Source: an uncultured Desulfovibrionaceae bacterium (GTDB lineage Bacteria; Desulfobacterota; Desulfovibrionia; Desulfovibrionales; Desulfovibrionaceae). Taken from it: a stretch of 64,000 bases of DNA. Where the stretch lies: positions 85,354-149,353 of the forward strand of contig CAZBER010000001.1 in the NCBI GenBank assembly GCA_964490985.1. The letters are read 5' to 3'. Of the stretch, positions 8,011 through 16,773 are shown one piece after another. Positions within the stretch are counted from its first letter, which is position 1; each line of letters begins with the position of its first letter. The notes under the pieces are model-generated. The model was not told the DNA's origin and made no database searches. It saw nothing but the letters and a program-made list of their open reading frames with translations. A program made the translations under genes and the position numbers.

Positions 8011-8433
8011 TTACTTTGTTTTTGTATAAATTGTAAAATTCTGCGTCGTAGTAAGTTTGGCTTTGGACTTGTCGAACCATGCTTCTGGACCGGAACCTGT
8101 CACGGCACCAGTAACCGTAGCTGCTACAACTCCATCCGCGTTTGTGTAGCTTCCCTTAAAATCGCCCACTGTCAAATCGGCGGCTGTCGTGGGTACTGTC
8201 CAGTTCTCGGCCTGGCTGGGGTCTTTCAGAATCGCTTGCGCGTAATCAAGAGACGCTTGGGACCCGATGGCGGCCAGGGCTCCCTGCACGGCCTTGTTCT
8301 GAGCCTCGGTCTGCATGTCCAGATACTTCGGCACGGCCACGGCGGCCAAGATACCCAGAATGACCAGCACCGCGATGATTTCGATGAGCGTGAAGCCGCC
8401 TTGCCCGCGCGCCCGTTTCTGCCGTTCGTCCAT
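8011..8433 (-). CDS. Type IV pilin, paralog 1 (likely major pilin)
   Basis: MDERQKRARGQG/FTLIEIIAVLVILGILAAVAVPKY. No Cys. GGAGG RBS. A sigma54-type promoter lies upstream. Confidence 0.85.
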   Translation of the reverse strand: MDERQKRARGQGGFTLIEIIAVLVILGILAAVAVPKYLDMQTEAQNKAVQGALAAIGSQASLDYAQAILKDPSQAENWTVPTTAADLTVGDFKGSYTNADGVVAATVTGAVTGSGPEAWFDKSKAKLTTTQNFTIYTKTK

Positions 8434-8509
8434 TTCCGTCTTCCTCCGTTTGGTTCGTGTTGCCTCGCGCCAGGGCGAACCGGCGCGTTGTCGCTATTCC
8501 CAAGCTCTA

Positions 8510-8525
8510 AGCAGAAATCATGCCG
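8510..8525 (-). promoter_or_regulatory. Sigma54 (-24/-12) promoter candidate for pilin paralog 1
   Basis: The minus strand reads cGGCATG-ATTT-CTGCT, with GG and GC exactly 12 nt apart as in TGGCACG-N4-TTGCW. It lies about 78 nt upstream of the ATG at 8433, directly downstream of a sigma54 activator gene. Confidence 0.6.
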
Positions 8526-8668
8526 ATTGCGTCATGGCTTTCCATCTTTTTCGCAACTGTTTGGATTCCAATCGTTTTCAAAATATCTCGCCGGGACGCG
8601 CAGGATTGTAGCCCGGCCAATGCTTCAAACTTTGCTGCTTTTCCGTCAAAAAATGCAGCATCACCGGC

Positions 8669-9976
8669 TCAGCTTTCCGGGGAAATCCGAAACGCGGCCG
8701 CCTCGATGCCCAGCTTTTTCACCCGATGCCACAGGCTGCGCTCCTTGATGCCGAGTAGCGTCGCCGCCCGGGCCTGGATGCCGCCCGTGCGCGACAGGGC
8801 CGCCTCGATCAGGGCCTTTTCATAGGCCGCCACCCGGCTGTCCAGGTCCCCGGCCGCGCCCACGGCCTCGGTCCGTATGGGCTCCGCCCCCAACCCAGGC
8901 AGGTGCTCCGGTCCGATAGGCCCGTCCCCGGCCAACACCCCGGCCCGTTCCATGACGTTTCTGAGCTCCCGGACATTGCCCGGCCAGTCATGGGCCAAAA
9001 GCCGCTGCAAGGCCGGAAGCGAAACCTCCCGCAGCCGGCCGGCCGCCTCCAGGAACCGCTCGGCCAGGAGGGCGATGTCCTCGCGCCGTTCCCGAAGCGG
9101 CGGCAGGCGGATGGGGAACACATTGAGGCGGTGATAGAGGTCTTCCCGGAAAAGCCCCTGCCCCATGCGCGCCATGAGGTTGCGATTGGTGGCGGCAATG
9201 ATGCGCACATCCAGGGCCACAGGGCGCGTTCCGCCCACCCGCTCGCACTCCCGCGTCTCCAGGACGCGCAGAATCTTGGCCTGGGTCTCGGGCGGCATGT
9301 CGCCGATCTCGTCCAAAAACAGCGTGCCGCCCTGGGCCTGCTCGAACTTGCCGATCTTGCGGGCCACGGCCCCGGTAAAAGCTCCCTTCTCATGGCCGAA
9401 AAGCTCGCTCTCCAGCAGACCCGAGGGAATGGCCGCGCAATTGACCGTCACGAACGGCCCCTTGGCCCGACCGCTTTTGGCATGGATGCCCCGGGCGGCC
9501 AGCTCCTTGCCCGAGCCGGATTCGCCGGTCAAAAGCACTGTGGCCTCGGTGGCGGCCACCTTGAGAATCTGGGAAAAGACGCCGCGCATGGCCCGGCTCT
9601 CCCCCACCATTTCCGGGAAAAGGGCCTTGGCTTCGAGTGCGCCGAGCACTTCCGCCACCTGGTCCACCATCTCCCCCAGCCGGTCGAACTCGCCGCGCGT
9701 CGCGCCCTGGGGTTGGCTCCGGGGAGCCAGGGCCGAGGCGGCGGTGGCCAGGAGGCGGCGCATGGGGCGCAAAAAGGCCCAGGCAAAGGCGCTGGCCACG
9801 ACATAGACCGCGACCCCGCAGATCATGGCCACGGCGGTTGTCCGGTCCCCCTCGGCCAGGGGCCGCCCCAGGGCGCGCAGGCCCCAATCCGCCGCGAAAA
9901 CGGCCAGGCTCCCCACGCCTCCCAGGATCAGGGGGGCCAGGATGGCCAGGTTCACGTCCACGCGCCGTTGCCACAT
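8669..9976 (-). CDS. Sigma54-dependent transcriptional activator with two N-terminal TM helices and no receiver domain; Fis-type HTH
   Basis: The AAA+ core has LLTGESGSGKELAARGIH, a canonical GAFTGA and ESELFGHEKGAFTGA. C-terminal HTH is ARAATLLGIKERSLWHRVKKLGI. N-terminal helices are ILAPLILGGVGSLAVFAA and AVAMICGVAVYVVASAFAWAF. Confidence 0.85.
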   Translation of the reverse strand: MWQRRVDVNLAILAPLILGGVGSLAVFAADWGLRALGRPLAEGDRTTAVAMICGVAVYVVASAFAWAFLRPMRRLLATAASALAPRSQPQGATRGEFDRLGEMVDQVAEVLGALEAKALFPEMVGESRAMRGVFSQILKVAATEATVLLTGESGSGKELAARGIHAKSGRAKGPFVTVNCAAIPSGLLESELFGHEKGAFTGAVARKIGKFEQAQGGTLFLDEIGDMPPETQAKILRVLETRECERVGGTRPVALDVRIIAATNRNLMARMGQGLFREDLYHRLNVFPIRLPPLRERREDIALLAERFLEAAGRLREVSLPALQRLLAHDWPGNVRELRNVMERAGVLAGDGPIGPEHLPGLGAEPIRTEAVGAAGDLDSRVAAYEKALIEAALSRTGGIQARAATLLGIKERSLWHRVKKLGIEAAAFRISPES

Positions 9977-9982
9977 GACCGC

Positions 9983-11212
9983 CTACCGATGCATGGCCAC
10001 GTTGGTCATTTCCCACATGGGCATGAAGATGGCCAGGGCGAAAAAACCGACCACGCCGGCCAGCCCCACGATGAGCACCGGTCCCAGGGCGTCCGAAAGC
10101 CGTTTGACGGCATAGGCCACCTCGGCGTCGTAGTGTTCGCTGATGGCCCCCAGCATCTCGTCCAGGTTGCCCGACTCCTCGCCCACGGCCACCATGGTCA
10201 CCACCATGGGCGTAAAATATCTGGCATGAGAAAGTGGACCGGCCAAACCTTGTCCGGCCCGGATTCGCTCCTGTATTTTTCTGAATTCCCTGGCTATGGC
10301 CGCATTGCCGATGGTGCCGACCAGGATGTCGATGGTGGTCAGCACAGGCACGCCGCTGGCCTGGAGAATGGCGAAGATGGAGGCAAAGCGGGACATGGCC
10401 GATTTTTTGAAAAGCGGCCCTATGGCGGGAATGAACAGGAAAAAGGCGTCCCGGCTGACCTTGCCGTTCTCGGTGCGAAACCACAGGGTCAGGGAGACTG
10501 CCACGGCGGCGATGATGCCGAAGGTGACGTACCAGTAGTCGGCAATGATGACGTTGAGCGTCATGGCCACCTTGGTCGGCCAGGGCAGCTCGATTTTGGC
10601 CGAGGCGAACATCCTGGCGAAGACCGGCACCACAAAGGTCAGCAGGAAGAAAAACGCCCCCACCAGGGCCACGACCACGGTGATGGGATATTGCAGGGCC
10701 GATTTGATGTCGGATTTGACCTGGTGTTCGTGGGCGATGATGTAGATCAGGCGTTCGAGCACCTGGGGCAGGGCTCCGGCTGCTTCGCCGGCCCGCACCA
10801 TGCTTACATAAAGTTCGGAAAAAACCCGCTTGTGCGCGGCCAGGGCATCGGAGATGGACGCCCCCTTTTTGACGTCGTCGGACATCTGGCCGCAAATCTT
10901 GCGGATTTTCGCGTTCTCGGTCTGCTGCTCCAGGACATTCAAGATTTCCAGCATGGACAGGCCGGCAGCCAGCATGGTTCGCAACTGCTTGGTGAAAAGG
11001 ATCAACTCCTGGGCCTTGACCGACGTCAGGCGGGTGGACAGGTTGTCGAAAAAGCCGCCGCCCGCGGCAGCCGCCCCGCCCTGGGACACGGCCACAGGGA
11101 TATAGCCCAGGCCGGCCAGGCGGTTTTTGGCCGCATCCGCGGTTTCGGCCTCGATCTCGCCGGTGATGGTGTTTCCGGCCTCGTTTATGGCCTCATAGGC
11201 AAATTGCGGCAC
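9983..11212 (-). CDS. GspF/PilC/MshG-type inner-membrane platform protein
   Basis: 409 aa starting (M)PQFAYEAINEAGNTITGEIEAE, a typical T2SSF N-terminus. Two T2SSF repeats with TM segments. GTG start at 11212. Confidence 0.85.
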   Translation of the reverse strand: MPQFAYEAINEAGNTITGEIEAETADAAKNRLAGLGYIPVAVSQGGAAAAGGGFFDNLSTRLTSVKAQELILFTKQLRTMLAAGLSMLEILNVLEQQTENAKIRKICGQMSDDVKKGASISDALAAHKRVFSELYVSMVRAGEAAGALPQVLERLIYIIAHEHQVKSDIKSALQYPITVVVALVGAFFFLLTFVVPVFARMFASAKIELPWPTKVAMTLNVIIADYWYVTFGIIAAVAVSLTLWFRTENGKVSRDAFFLFIPAIGPLFKKSAMSRFASIFAILQASGVPVLTTIDILVGTIGNAAIAREFRKIQERIRAGQGLAGPLSHARYFTPMVVTMVAVGEESGNLDEMLGAISEHYDAEVAYAVKRLSDALGPVLIVGLAGVVGFFALAIFMPMWEMTNVAMHR

Positions 11213-11232
11213 ATACGCCTCGCTGTCCCGGG

Positions 11233-12939
11233 TTAGACCATGACCGCCGAAGAGGCTTCCTCAAAGGTGGTCTGGCCTTCCAAAATCTTGAGTCGGGCGT
11301 CGTCCTTGAGGAGCTTGAGCCGGCCCGTGTCCGCCGCGAACCGGGTGATCTCCTGGGCGGTGCGCCGCTTGACGATCATATCCTGGATGTCCTCGTCAAT
11401 GGCCAGGATTTCAAAAAGCCCCACCCGGCCCTTGAATCCGCTGTCCCCGCACAGATAGCAGCCCCGGCCCCGCTTAAACGGGGTGGCCACACCCTCCAGG
11501 CCCCAGAAGCGCAACACCTCGGGCCGCGGCGTGTATTCCTCGGCGCAGTGGGGGCAGATGCGCCGCACCAGGCGCTGGGCCATGGACACCACCAGCACCG
11601 AGGAGACCAGAAACGGCTCGATGCCCATGTCCATGAGCCGCACAATGGCCCCGGCCGCATCGTTGGTGTGCACGGTGGAGAGCACCTTGTGGCCGGTCAG
11701 GGCCGCCTGGGTGGCGATGGAGGCGGTTTCGGCGTCGCGGATTTCGCCCACCAGCACCACGTCCGGGTCCTGACGCAGGGCCGAGCGCAAGCCGCTGGCA
11801 AAGGTCATGCCGGCCTTGCGGTTAAGCTGCACCTGGCGCACCCCCTCCATGCGGTATTCCACCGGGTCCTCAAGGGTGAGGACGTTGATGTCCGGCCGGT
11901 TGATTTCACGCAGGAGCGCAAAAAGCGTGGTGGACTTGCCCGAGCCCGTGGGACCGGTGGCCAAGAACATGCCGTAGGGCTTTTCCACCACCAGCCGGAT
12001 TTTGGCCAGATTCTCCCCGGAAAGGCTCAAGTCGGCCAGGGTCAGGCCGCCCGCGCTCATGTCCAGCAGGCGCAGCACCAGGTTTTCGCCGTGGATGGTG
12101 GGCAGGGTGGACACGCGGACGTTGATCTCCTTGTTGTCCATGGACACGGTGAACCGCCCGTCCTGGGGAATGCGGCTGACCGCGATGTCTAAGCGGCCCA
12201 GGATCTTGATGCGCGAAATAATGGGCAGGATCATGGGCTTTGGCGGCGAGGGCACGGATTTGAGCCGGCCGTCGATGCGCAGGCGAATCTGGACCTGGTC
12301 GCGCTCGGGACTGATGTGCACGTCGCTGGCCCCCTCGCGCACGGCCTGGGAGAGCAGCGAATTGACGAAGCGCACCACCGGGGCCTCGCCGGCCATGTCC
12401 TCCAGGGAGGACACCCGCACGTCGTCGGCCCGGCCCACCTGGGACTCGTCCCCATCCTCGCGCATGGACTCGATGCTTTCCAGCACCCCTTCGATGCCCG
12501 CACCCATGCCGTAGATGGCGCTGGTCAATTGCGCCAGCTCCCGCTCCGTGCAGATGACCGGCTCCACCTCGCAGTTTTTGTAGATTTCGATGTCCTCAAT
12601 GGCCAGGATATCCATGGGATCGGTCATGGCCACCCGGATGAGCGACCCTTCCTTGGACAGGGGCACGAGCTTGCTGCGCAGGGCCATTTCCGCCGGGATC
12701 AGCTCGGCCAGGCTCGAATCCACGGGGTAGCGGTCAGGCGTGTACTTGGCCAGGTTCATCTGGCGGCTGATGAGGTCGACAATGTCGGATTCCCGCACCA
12801 TGCCCTGGCGCACGAGCTGTTGTCCGAGCTTGACGCCGCTGCGCTTGCCCGCGGCCAGGGCCTGGCGCACCTCGTCCTCGGTGATCAGTCCGGCGGCCAC
12901 GAGCATCTCGCCGAGGCGCAATCGCTTCCTGGGCTCCAT
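11233..12939 (-). CDS. MshE/GspE/PilB-family secretion ATPase with N-terminal MshEN (c-di-GMP-binding type) domain
   Basis: Walker A is GPTGSGKSTTL. Also present: LVGEIRD, TGHKVLSTVHT and the tetracysteine CPHC...CYLC. The N-terminus has RLGEMLVAAGLITEDEVRQALAAG-KRSGV-KLGQQLVRQGMVRESDIVDLISRQ. Confidence 0.9.
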   Translation of the reverse strand: MEPRKRLRLGEMLVAAGLITEDEVRQALAAGKRSGVKLGQQLVRQGMVRESDIVDLISRQMNLAKYTPDRYPVDSSLAELIPAEMALRSKLVPLSKEGSLIRVAMTDPMDILAIEDIEIYKNCEVEPVICTERELAQLTSAIYGMGAGIEGVLESIESMREDGDESQVGRADDVRVSSLEDMAGEAPVVRFVNSLLSQAVREGASDVHISPERDQVQIRLRIDGRLKSVPSPPKPMILPIISRIKILGRLDIAVSRIPQDGRFTVSMDNKEINVRVSTLPTIHGENLVLRLLDMSAGGLTLADLSLSGENLAKIRLVVEKPYGMFLATGPTGSGKSTTLFALLREINRPDINVLTLEDPVEYRMEGVRQVQLNRKAGMTFASGLRSALRQDPDVVLVGEIRDAETASIATQAALTGHKVLSTVHTNDAAGAIVRLMDMGIEPFLVSSVLVVSMAQRLVRRICPHCAEEYTPRPEVLRFWGLEGVATPFKRGRGCYLCGDSGFKGRVGLFEILAIDEDIQDMIVKRRTAQEITRFAADTGRLKLLKDDARLKILEGQTTFEEASSAVMV

Positions 12940-12965
12940 ACCGTTTCCTTGAACTCCTGACGCCG

Positions 12966-14708
12966 CTACGGCTTCTGGGCCGAAGCCAGCCGGGGACCCG
13001 GGGCGTCCGTTCCGGCCAACCTGGCCAGCGGCCGTTTGCCGGACCTGTCACGCAAGTCCGTGAAATAGATCGTTCCCTGGGGATAGTGTTCCACCAGGCG
13101 CGCCCCACCGGCAAGTTCCGGCGGCAAGGCGGCCAGGGCCGCGGCGGCTGCCGGGCGGTCCGCAAAGACTTTCTCGACCATGACCTCGAAATGCAGGCCC
13201 GAGCCGGGCTGGAAGGTGGTGAAAAGGCCCAGCCCCGGCCAGCCGGCCCGGCTTGCAGCCAAAAAGGCAAACCCCGCCTCCAGGCTTTGGGCCTGCCCCA
13301 CCGCGATCAGGCACGACCCGGGCGGCAGGGGCGCGGCCTCGATGGCCGGGAAGACGATGCCCTCGCCGGCGCGCAGGCGGTCCAAGTTCACATGGGGGTT
13401 GGCCTTGGCCACCAGGGCCAGGATGCGCAAATCGCCGCAGCCGTAGAGCCGGGCCGCCTGCCGGCTGACGCTCCAGCCCGGCAGGACCGGGCTCGAACCC
13501 AGCGCGGCCGGGACGGCCGGGACGGCGGACGCATCGGCCACGGGGCCGGCATTGGCCGGCTTGCCCGGGGCCGGGAATGTGGCGGCTGCGGCCCAGGCCG
13601 CTTCCTGGAGGGTTTGGGCCGGCTCGGGCGCGGCCGCAGGAGCCGGCGTATCCGTGGCCAGGCGCTCGGAAGCGGCCTGGACCGCGACGATCGGCGGCGA
13701 CACCGGCTCCGGCGCGTTGGCGGTCGGCGGGACCGGATCGACCTGTTGGACAGCCGGGACCGGCGGCACGGCATTGAAATCCTGGCGCAGCCCGAAGAGC
13801 CAGTCCGATCCGACCATGGCCACGGCCAAAGCCAGGCCGCCAAGGCCGGCAGCCAGAGAGATGCGGCGCGGCCAGACGGCGGCCTGTCCTTGCAGCTCCC
13901 GGGCGGCGCGCCCCACCAGCCGCCAGCCGATGCGCCGGCGGCCAAGGCCCACGGCCAGAAGCATGGACGAATGGCACAGGCGCACGATTTTTCGCGGATA
14001 GCCGCGCGTCAGGCCATGGATGCGCCGCAGAGCCAGGGGGGTAAGCAGGGCCGGAGCCTGGCCGTCCGGCGCGCACCGGGCCAGCCGGGCGGCGATCATG
14101 CGGCTGGTCTGGCAGCGGTCAAGGGGCGTAAGCCTGTAGCGGAAATTGACCCGGTCCTCCAGGTTCGGCCGGGAGGCAAGCACGTGCTCGAATTCCTTTT
14201 GGGCGAAAATGACGATCTGCAGGAGCTTGTGGGTGTTGGTCTCGAAATTGAGCAGTTCCCGCAACAGCTCCAGACACTGGCCAGAGAGCTTTTGCCCTTC
14301 ATCGATAATAAGCGTTACGGTCTTGCCGCCGTCCACGCCCTGGCGCAACAGCGCGTCCTTAAGCGCCTCCCGAAGCCGGCCCGGGTCCCCTTCCAGGCCC
14401 GCCACATCCAGGCCGAAAAGCCGGGCCAGGGCCAAGAGGAACTGGCCCGGGCCAGGAAAATGCGGGTCGTCGAGCAGGTATACCGCCAGCGTCGGGTCCT
14501 GGCCGAGGATACGGATGAGTTCCCGGGCCAGGGTGGTCTTGCCCGTGCCCACATCGCCCAACACCACATTGAGGCCCCGGCGCAGGCGCACGGCGATCTC
14601 CATATGCCGCAGGCACTCCAGGTGGTTTTTGGCTGCGTAGAGCAGCTCCGGGTCCGGGGAGTTGGAAAAGGGTTCCCGGACAAGCCCCAGGCATTGGTAG
14701 TAACTCAT
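12966..14708 (-). CDS. ExeA/MshM-like AAA ATPase with TM segment, Pro/Ala-rich linker and LysM/FimV-like plus SPOR-like C-terminus
   Basis: ATG at 14708 gives MSYYQCLGLVREPFSNSPDP...VVLGDVGTGKTTL...LIIDEGQKL, which is ExeA-like. TM segment is ISLAAGLGGLALAVAMVG. The 1033-aa ORF in the track is a composite. Confidence 0.8.
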   Translation of the reverse strand: MSYYQCLGLVREPFSNSPDPELLYAAKNHLECLRHMEIAVRLRRGLNVVLGDVGTGKTTLARELIRILGQDPTLAVYLLDDPHFPGPGQFLLALARLFGLDVAGLEGDPGRLREALKDALLRQGVDGGKTVTLIIDEGQKLSGQCLELLRELLNFETNTHKLLQIVIFAQKEFEHVLASRPNLEDRVNFRYRLTPLDRCQTSRMIAARLARCAPDGQAPALLTPLALRRIHGLTRGYPRKIVRLCHSSMLLAVGLGRRRIGWRLVGRAARELQGQAAVWPRRISLAAGLGGLALAVAMVGSDWLFGLRQDFNAVPPVPAVQQVDPVPPTANAPEPVSPPIVAVQAASERLATDTPAPAAAPEPAQTLQEAAWAAAATFPAPGKPANAGPVADASAVPAVPAALGSSPVLPGWSVSRQAARLYGCGDLRILALVAKANPHVNLDRLRAGEGIVFPAIEAAPLPPGSCLIAVGQAQSLEAGFAFLAASRAGWPGLGLFTTFQPGSGLHFEVMVEKVFADRPAAAAALAALPPELAGGARLVEHYPQGTIYFTDLRDRSGKRPLARLAGTDAPGPRLASAQKP

Positions 14709-14719
14709 GGCGACCTCGG

Positions 14720-16735
14720 TCAGGGCCTGGCCAGCTCGACCGGCGCGGCCGGAGCGCTGGCCCGTTCCACCACGGGCGGGGCCGGGGCAATGGGTTTTTC
14801 CTTGAGAATGGTGGGCGTGACGAAAATCAGGATGTCCTCGCGCAGCACATCCTTGGATTTGGACTTGAACGCCCAGCCCAGGCCCGGAATATCGCGCAGA
14901 AACGGCACCCCGGATTCGCCGTCCGTGACCGTATCCCGGGTCAGGCCCGAGATGACGATGGTGTCGCCGTCCTCCACCACCAGGGTGGAACGGGTCTCCC
15001 GCTTGAAGATGGGCGGGTTGCCCTGGACCCAGTTGTTCTGGTTGGCGTCCACCTGGTCGTCTTTGACCACGATCTTCATGCGCAGGTTGGTCCCGTCGAT
15101 GACGTGGGGCAGCATCTCCAGGCGCAGCAGGGCGTCGGCGAACTGCACGTTGGTGCCGTTTTGCGAGGTGGACACGTACGGAATTTTCTTGCCGTTTTCC
15201 GTGTAGGCCAGCTTGTTCTCCATGGTGGTGATGGTGGGGCTGGACAGGATTTTGACCTTGCTCTCTTCGGCCAGGGCCGTGAGCTGGGCTTCGAGCACGC
15301 TCTCGCCGATCTTGCCGAACAGGAAATTGAGGCCCATGCCCGAGGAGCCCAGGCCGTTGGCCGTGGTGGTCAGGTTGGCCGGGAAGTTGAGGCCGAATCC
15401 CTGGCCGGACATGCCGCCGCCGAAGTACGGCGTGGCCGCTCCGGACACGGTGTTGGTGCCTGGCGCGGACGCCCCGGCCGTGGCGTTGTTCCAGGGATCG
15501 AGATTGTAGATGTTCTTGCCGAAGGGGCCGGTCACGCTGGTGGGCCAGTAGGTGACGGTCTGGCCGGTGAGCGGATTGATGATGGCCGCCGAGCCGCCGG
15601 TGATGTTGTATTGGCTGCTTTGGGCCGAGTAGGTGGCGCCGGCCTTGGCCGGAGCCACGATGAGACTGTTGCCGTTGGCGGCATGGGCGTGCATCAGCCC
15701 GCCCCACTGGATGCCGAGCTGCTGGGCCGTTTCCCGGCTGGTCTGGACGATGAACGCCTTGAGCCGGATCTGGGGACGCGGCTGATCGAGCTTTTCGATG
15801 AGCTTGATCATCTTCTCGGCATCCTCCCGAGACGCCTGGATGACCAGGGAGTTGCTGTAATGGTCCGGGATGACGAAGCCCTTGAGCAGGCCCATCTTGT
15901 AGTCGCCCAGGGCCGGCAAGGCCGGGGTCGGGGCGCTGCCGGGATTGGAGACATCGATGTTGGTGGTTCGCTTGGCCTCGTTGGCATTTCCGGTCAGTCC
16001 GGAAACGATTTCCTCGACCGAACCTTCCTTTTTGTTGAGGCCCGGCATGGCGCTGGTATTGCCGCACAGGGCATTGAGCGTCACGGCCAGCTCGTCCAGG
16101 TCCGCGAAATTCACTTCCACCTTGCAGGTGTCGTAGGGCTCCAGCTCCTTGGCCTTGACCGTCTCGGCGGCCAGCTTGTTGCGGGCTTCCTTGAGCTTGT
16201 TCTGCTTGTCCATGTCCTCCAGGGTCATGACCCGGACAATGTCGCCCTCCGCCACATAGGCCAGGCCGTTGGAGGCGAGCAAGCTCTGGAAGGTTTCGTC
16301 CCAGGGGGCGTCAACCACGTTGACGTTGACCAGAAGCGGCTTGCCGTCCTTGGCCGCGCCGCCCGCGCCGGGAATGGACGAGGACAGGACCAGATTCTGG
16401 TTGGCGGCCCGGGCCATGGCCCGCAGCACGGCCACCAGGTCCGTGTCGTACATGCGAAGCGTCACCTTCTGCTTGGGCAGGGGCTTGGGCGGCTTGGCCT
16501 CGGCCTTTTCCTCTTTTTTCGCGGTGACGGCGGTCTTTTCGAATTCCACCTTGCGCGGCCGGGCTGTTGGCGAATAGCCCTGGGAATTCTCGGACTGGGT
16601 CTGCCAGTGCTCGATAAAGGCGTCTTTTTGCGGCTTTTTGGCGCAGCCCGCAAACGTAAGCCCCAGGCAGGCCAGGACCATGACGACGCCCAAAGCGCGT
16701 CTCCGACATCCCATAACCGTGGCGAAACGCCGCAT
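14720..16735 (-). CDS. Secretin (MshL/PilQ/GspD family), lipoprotein
   Basis: MRRFATVMGCRRRALGVVMVLACLGLTFAGC contains a lipobox. A secretin_N-like KVTLRMYDTDLVAVLRAMA is present. The C-terminal signature is VPFLRDIPGLGWAFKSKSK...ILIFVTPTIL. The ORF track starts at an upstream GTG (16765). Confidence 0.9.
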   Translation of the reverse strand: MRRFATVMGCRRRALGVVMVLACLGLTFAGCAKKPQKDAFIEHWQTQSENSQGYSPTARPRKVEFEKTAVTAKKEEKAEAKPPKPLPKQKVTLRMYDTDLVAVLRAMARAANQNLVLSSSIPGAGGAAKDGKPLLVNVNVVDAPWDETFQSLLASNGLAYVAEGDIVRVMTLEDMDKQNKLKEARNKLAAETVKAKELEPYDTCKVEVNFADLDELAVTLNALCGNTSAMPGLNKKEGSVEEIVSGLTGNANEAKRTTNIDVSNPGSAPTPALPALGDYKMGLLKGFVIPDHYSNSLVIQASREDAEKMIKLIEKLDQPRPQIRLKAFIVQTSRETAQQLGIQWGGLMHAHAANGNSLIVAPAKAGATYSAQSSQYNITGGSAAIINPLTGQTVTYWPTSVTGPFGKNIYNLDPWNNATAGASAPGTNTVSGAATPYFGGGMSGQGFGLNFPANLTTTANGLGSSGMGLNFLFGKIGESVLEAQLTALAEESKVKILSSPTITTMENKLAYTENGKKIPYVSTSQNGTNVQFADALLRLEMLPHVIDGTNLRMKIVVKDDQVDANQNNWVQGNPPIFKRETRSTLVVEDGDTIVISGLTRDTVTDGESGVPFLRDIPGLGWAFKSKSKDVLREDILIFVTPTILKEKPIAPAPPVVERASAPAAPVELARP

Positions 16736-16773
16736 ACTCGCTCCAAAGGCGCGCCCGCGGGGCACGCCATGGC

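Noticed and set aside
8903-11236. 777-aa plus-strand ORF
   Set aside because: It is an antisense shadow of the activator and platform genes. Its composition is dominated by G/R/H/P/A with no motifs, which is typical of high-GC open frames.
12966-16067. 1033-aa ORF in the track, taken as one gene
   Set aside because: It is a composite. The N-terminal ~450 aa are Arg/Gly/Pro/His-rich and lie out of frame over the secretin gene (14720..16735). The real ExeA-like gene starts at the ATG at 14708 (MSYYQCLGL...).
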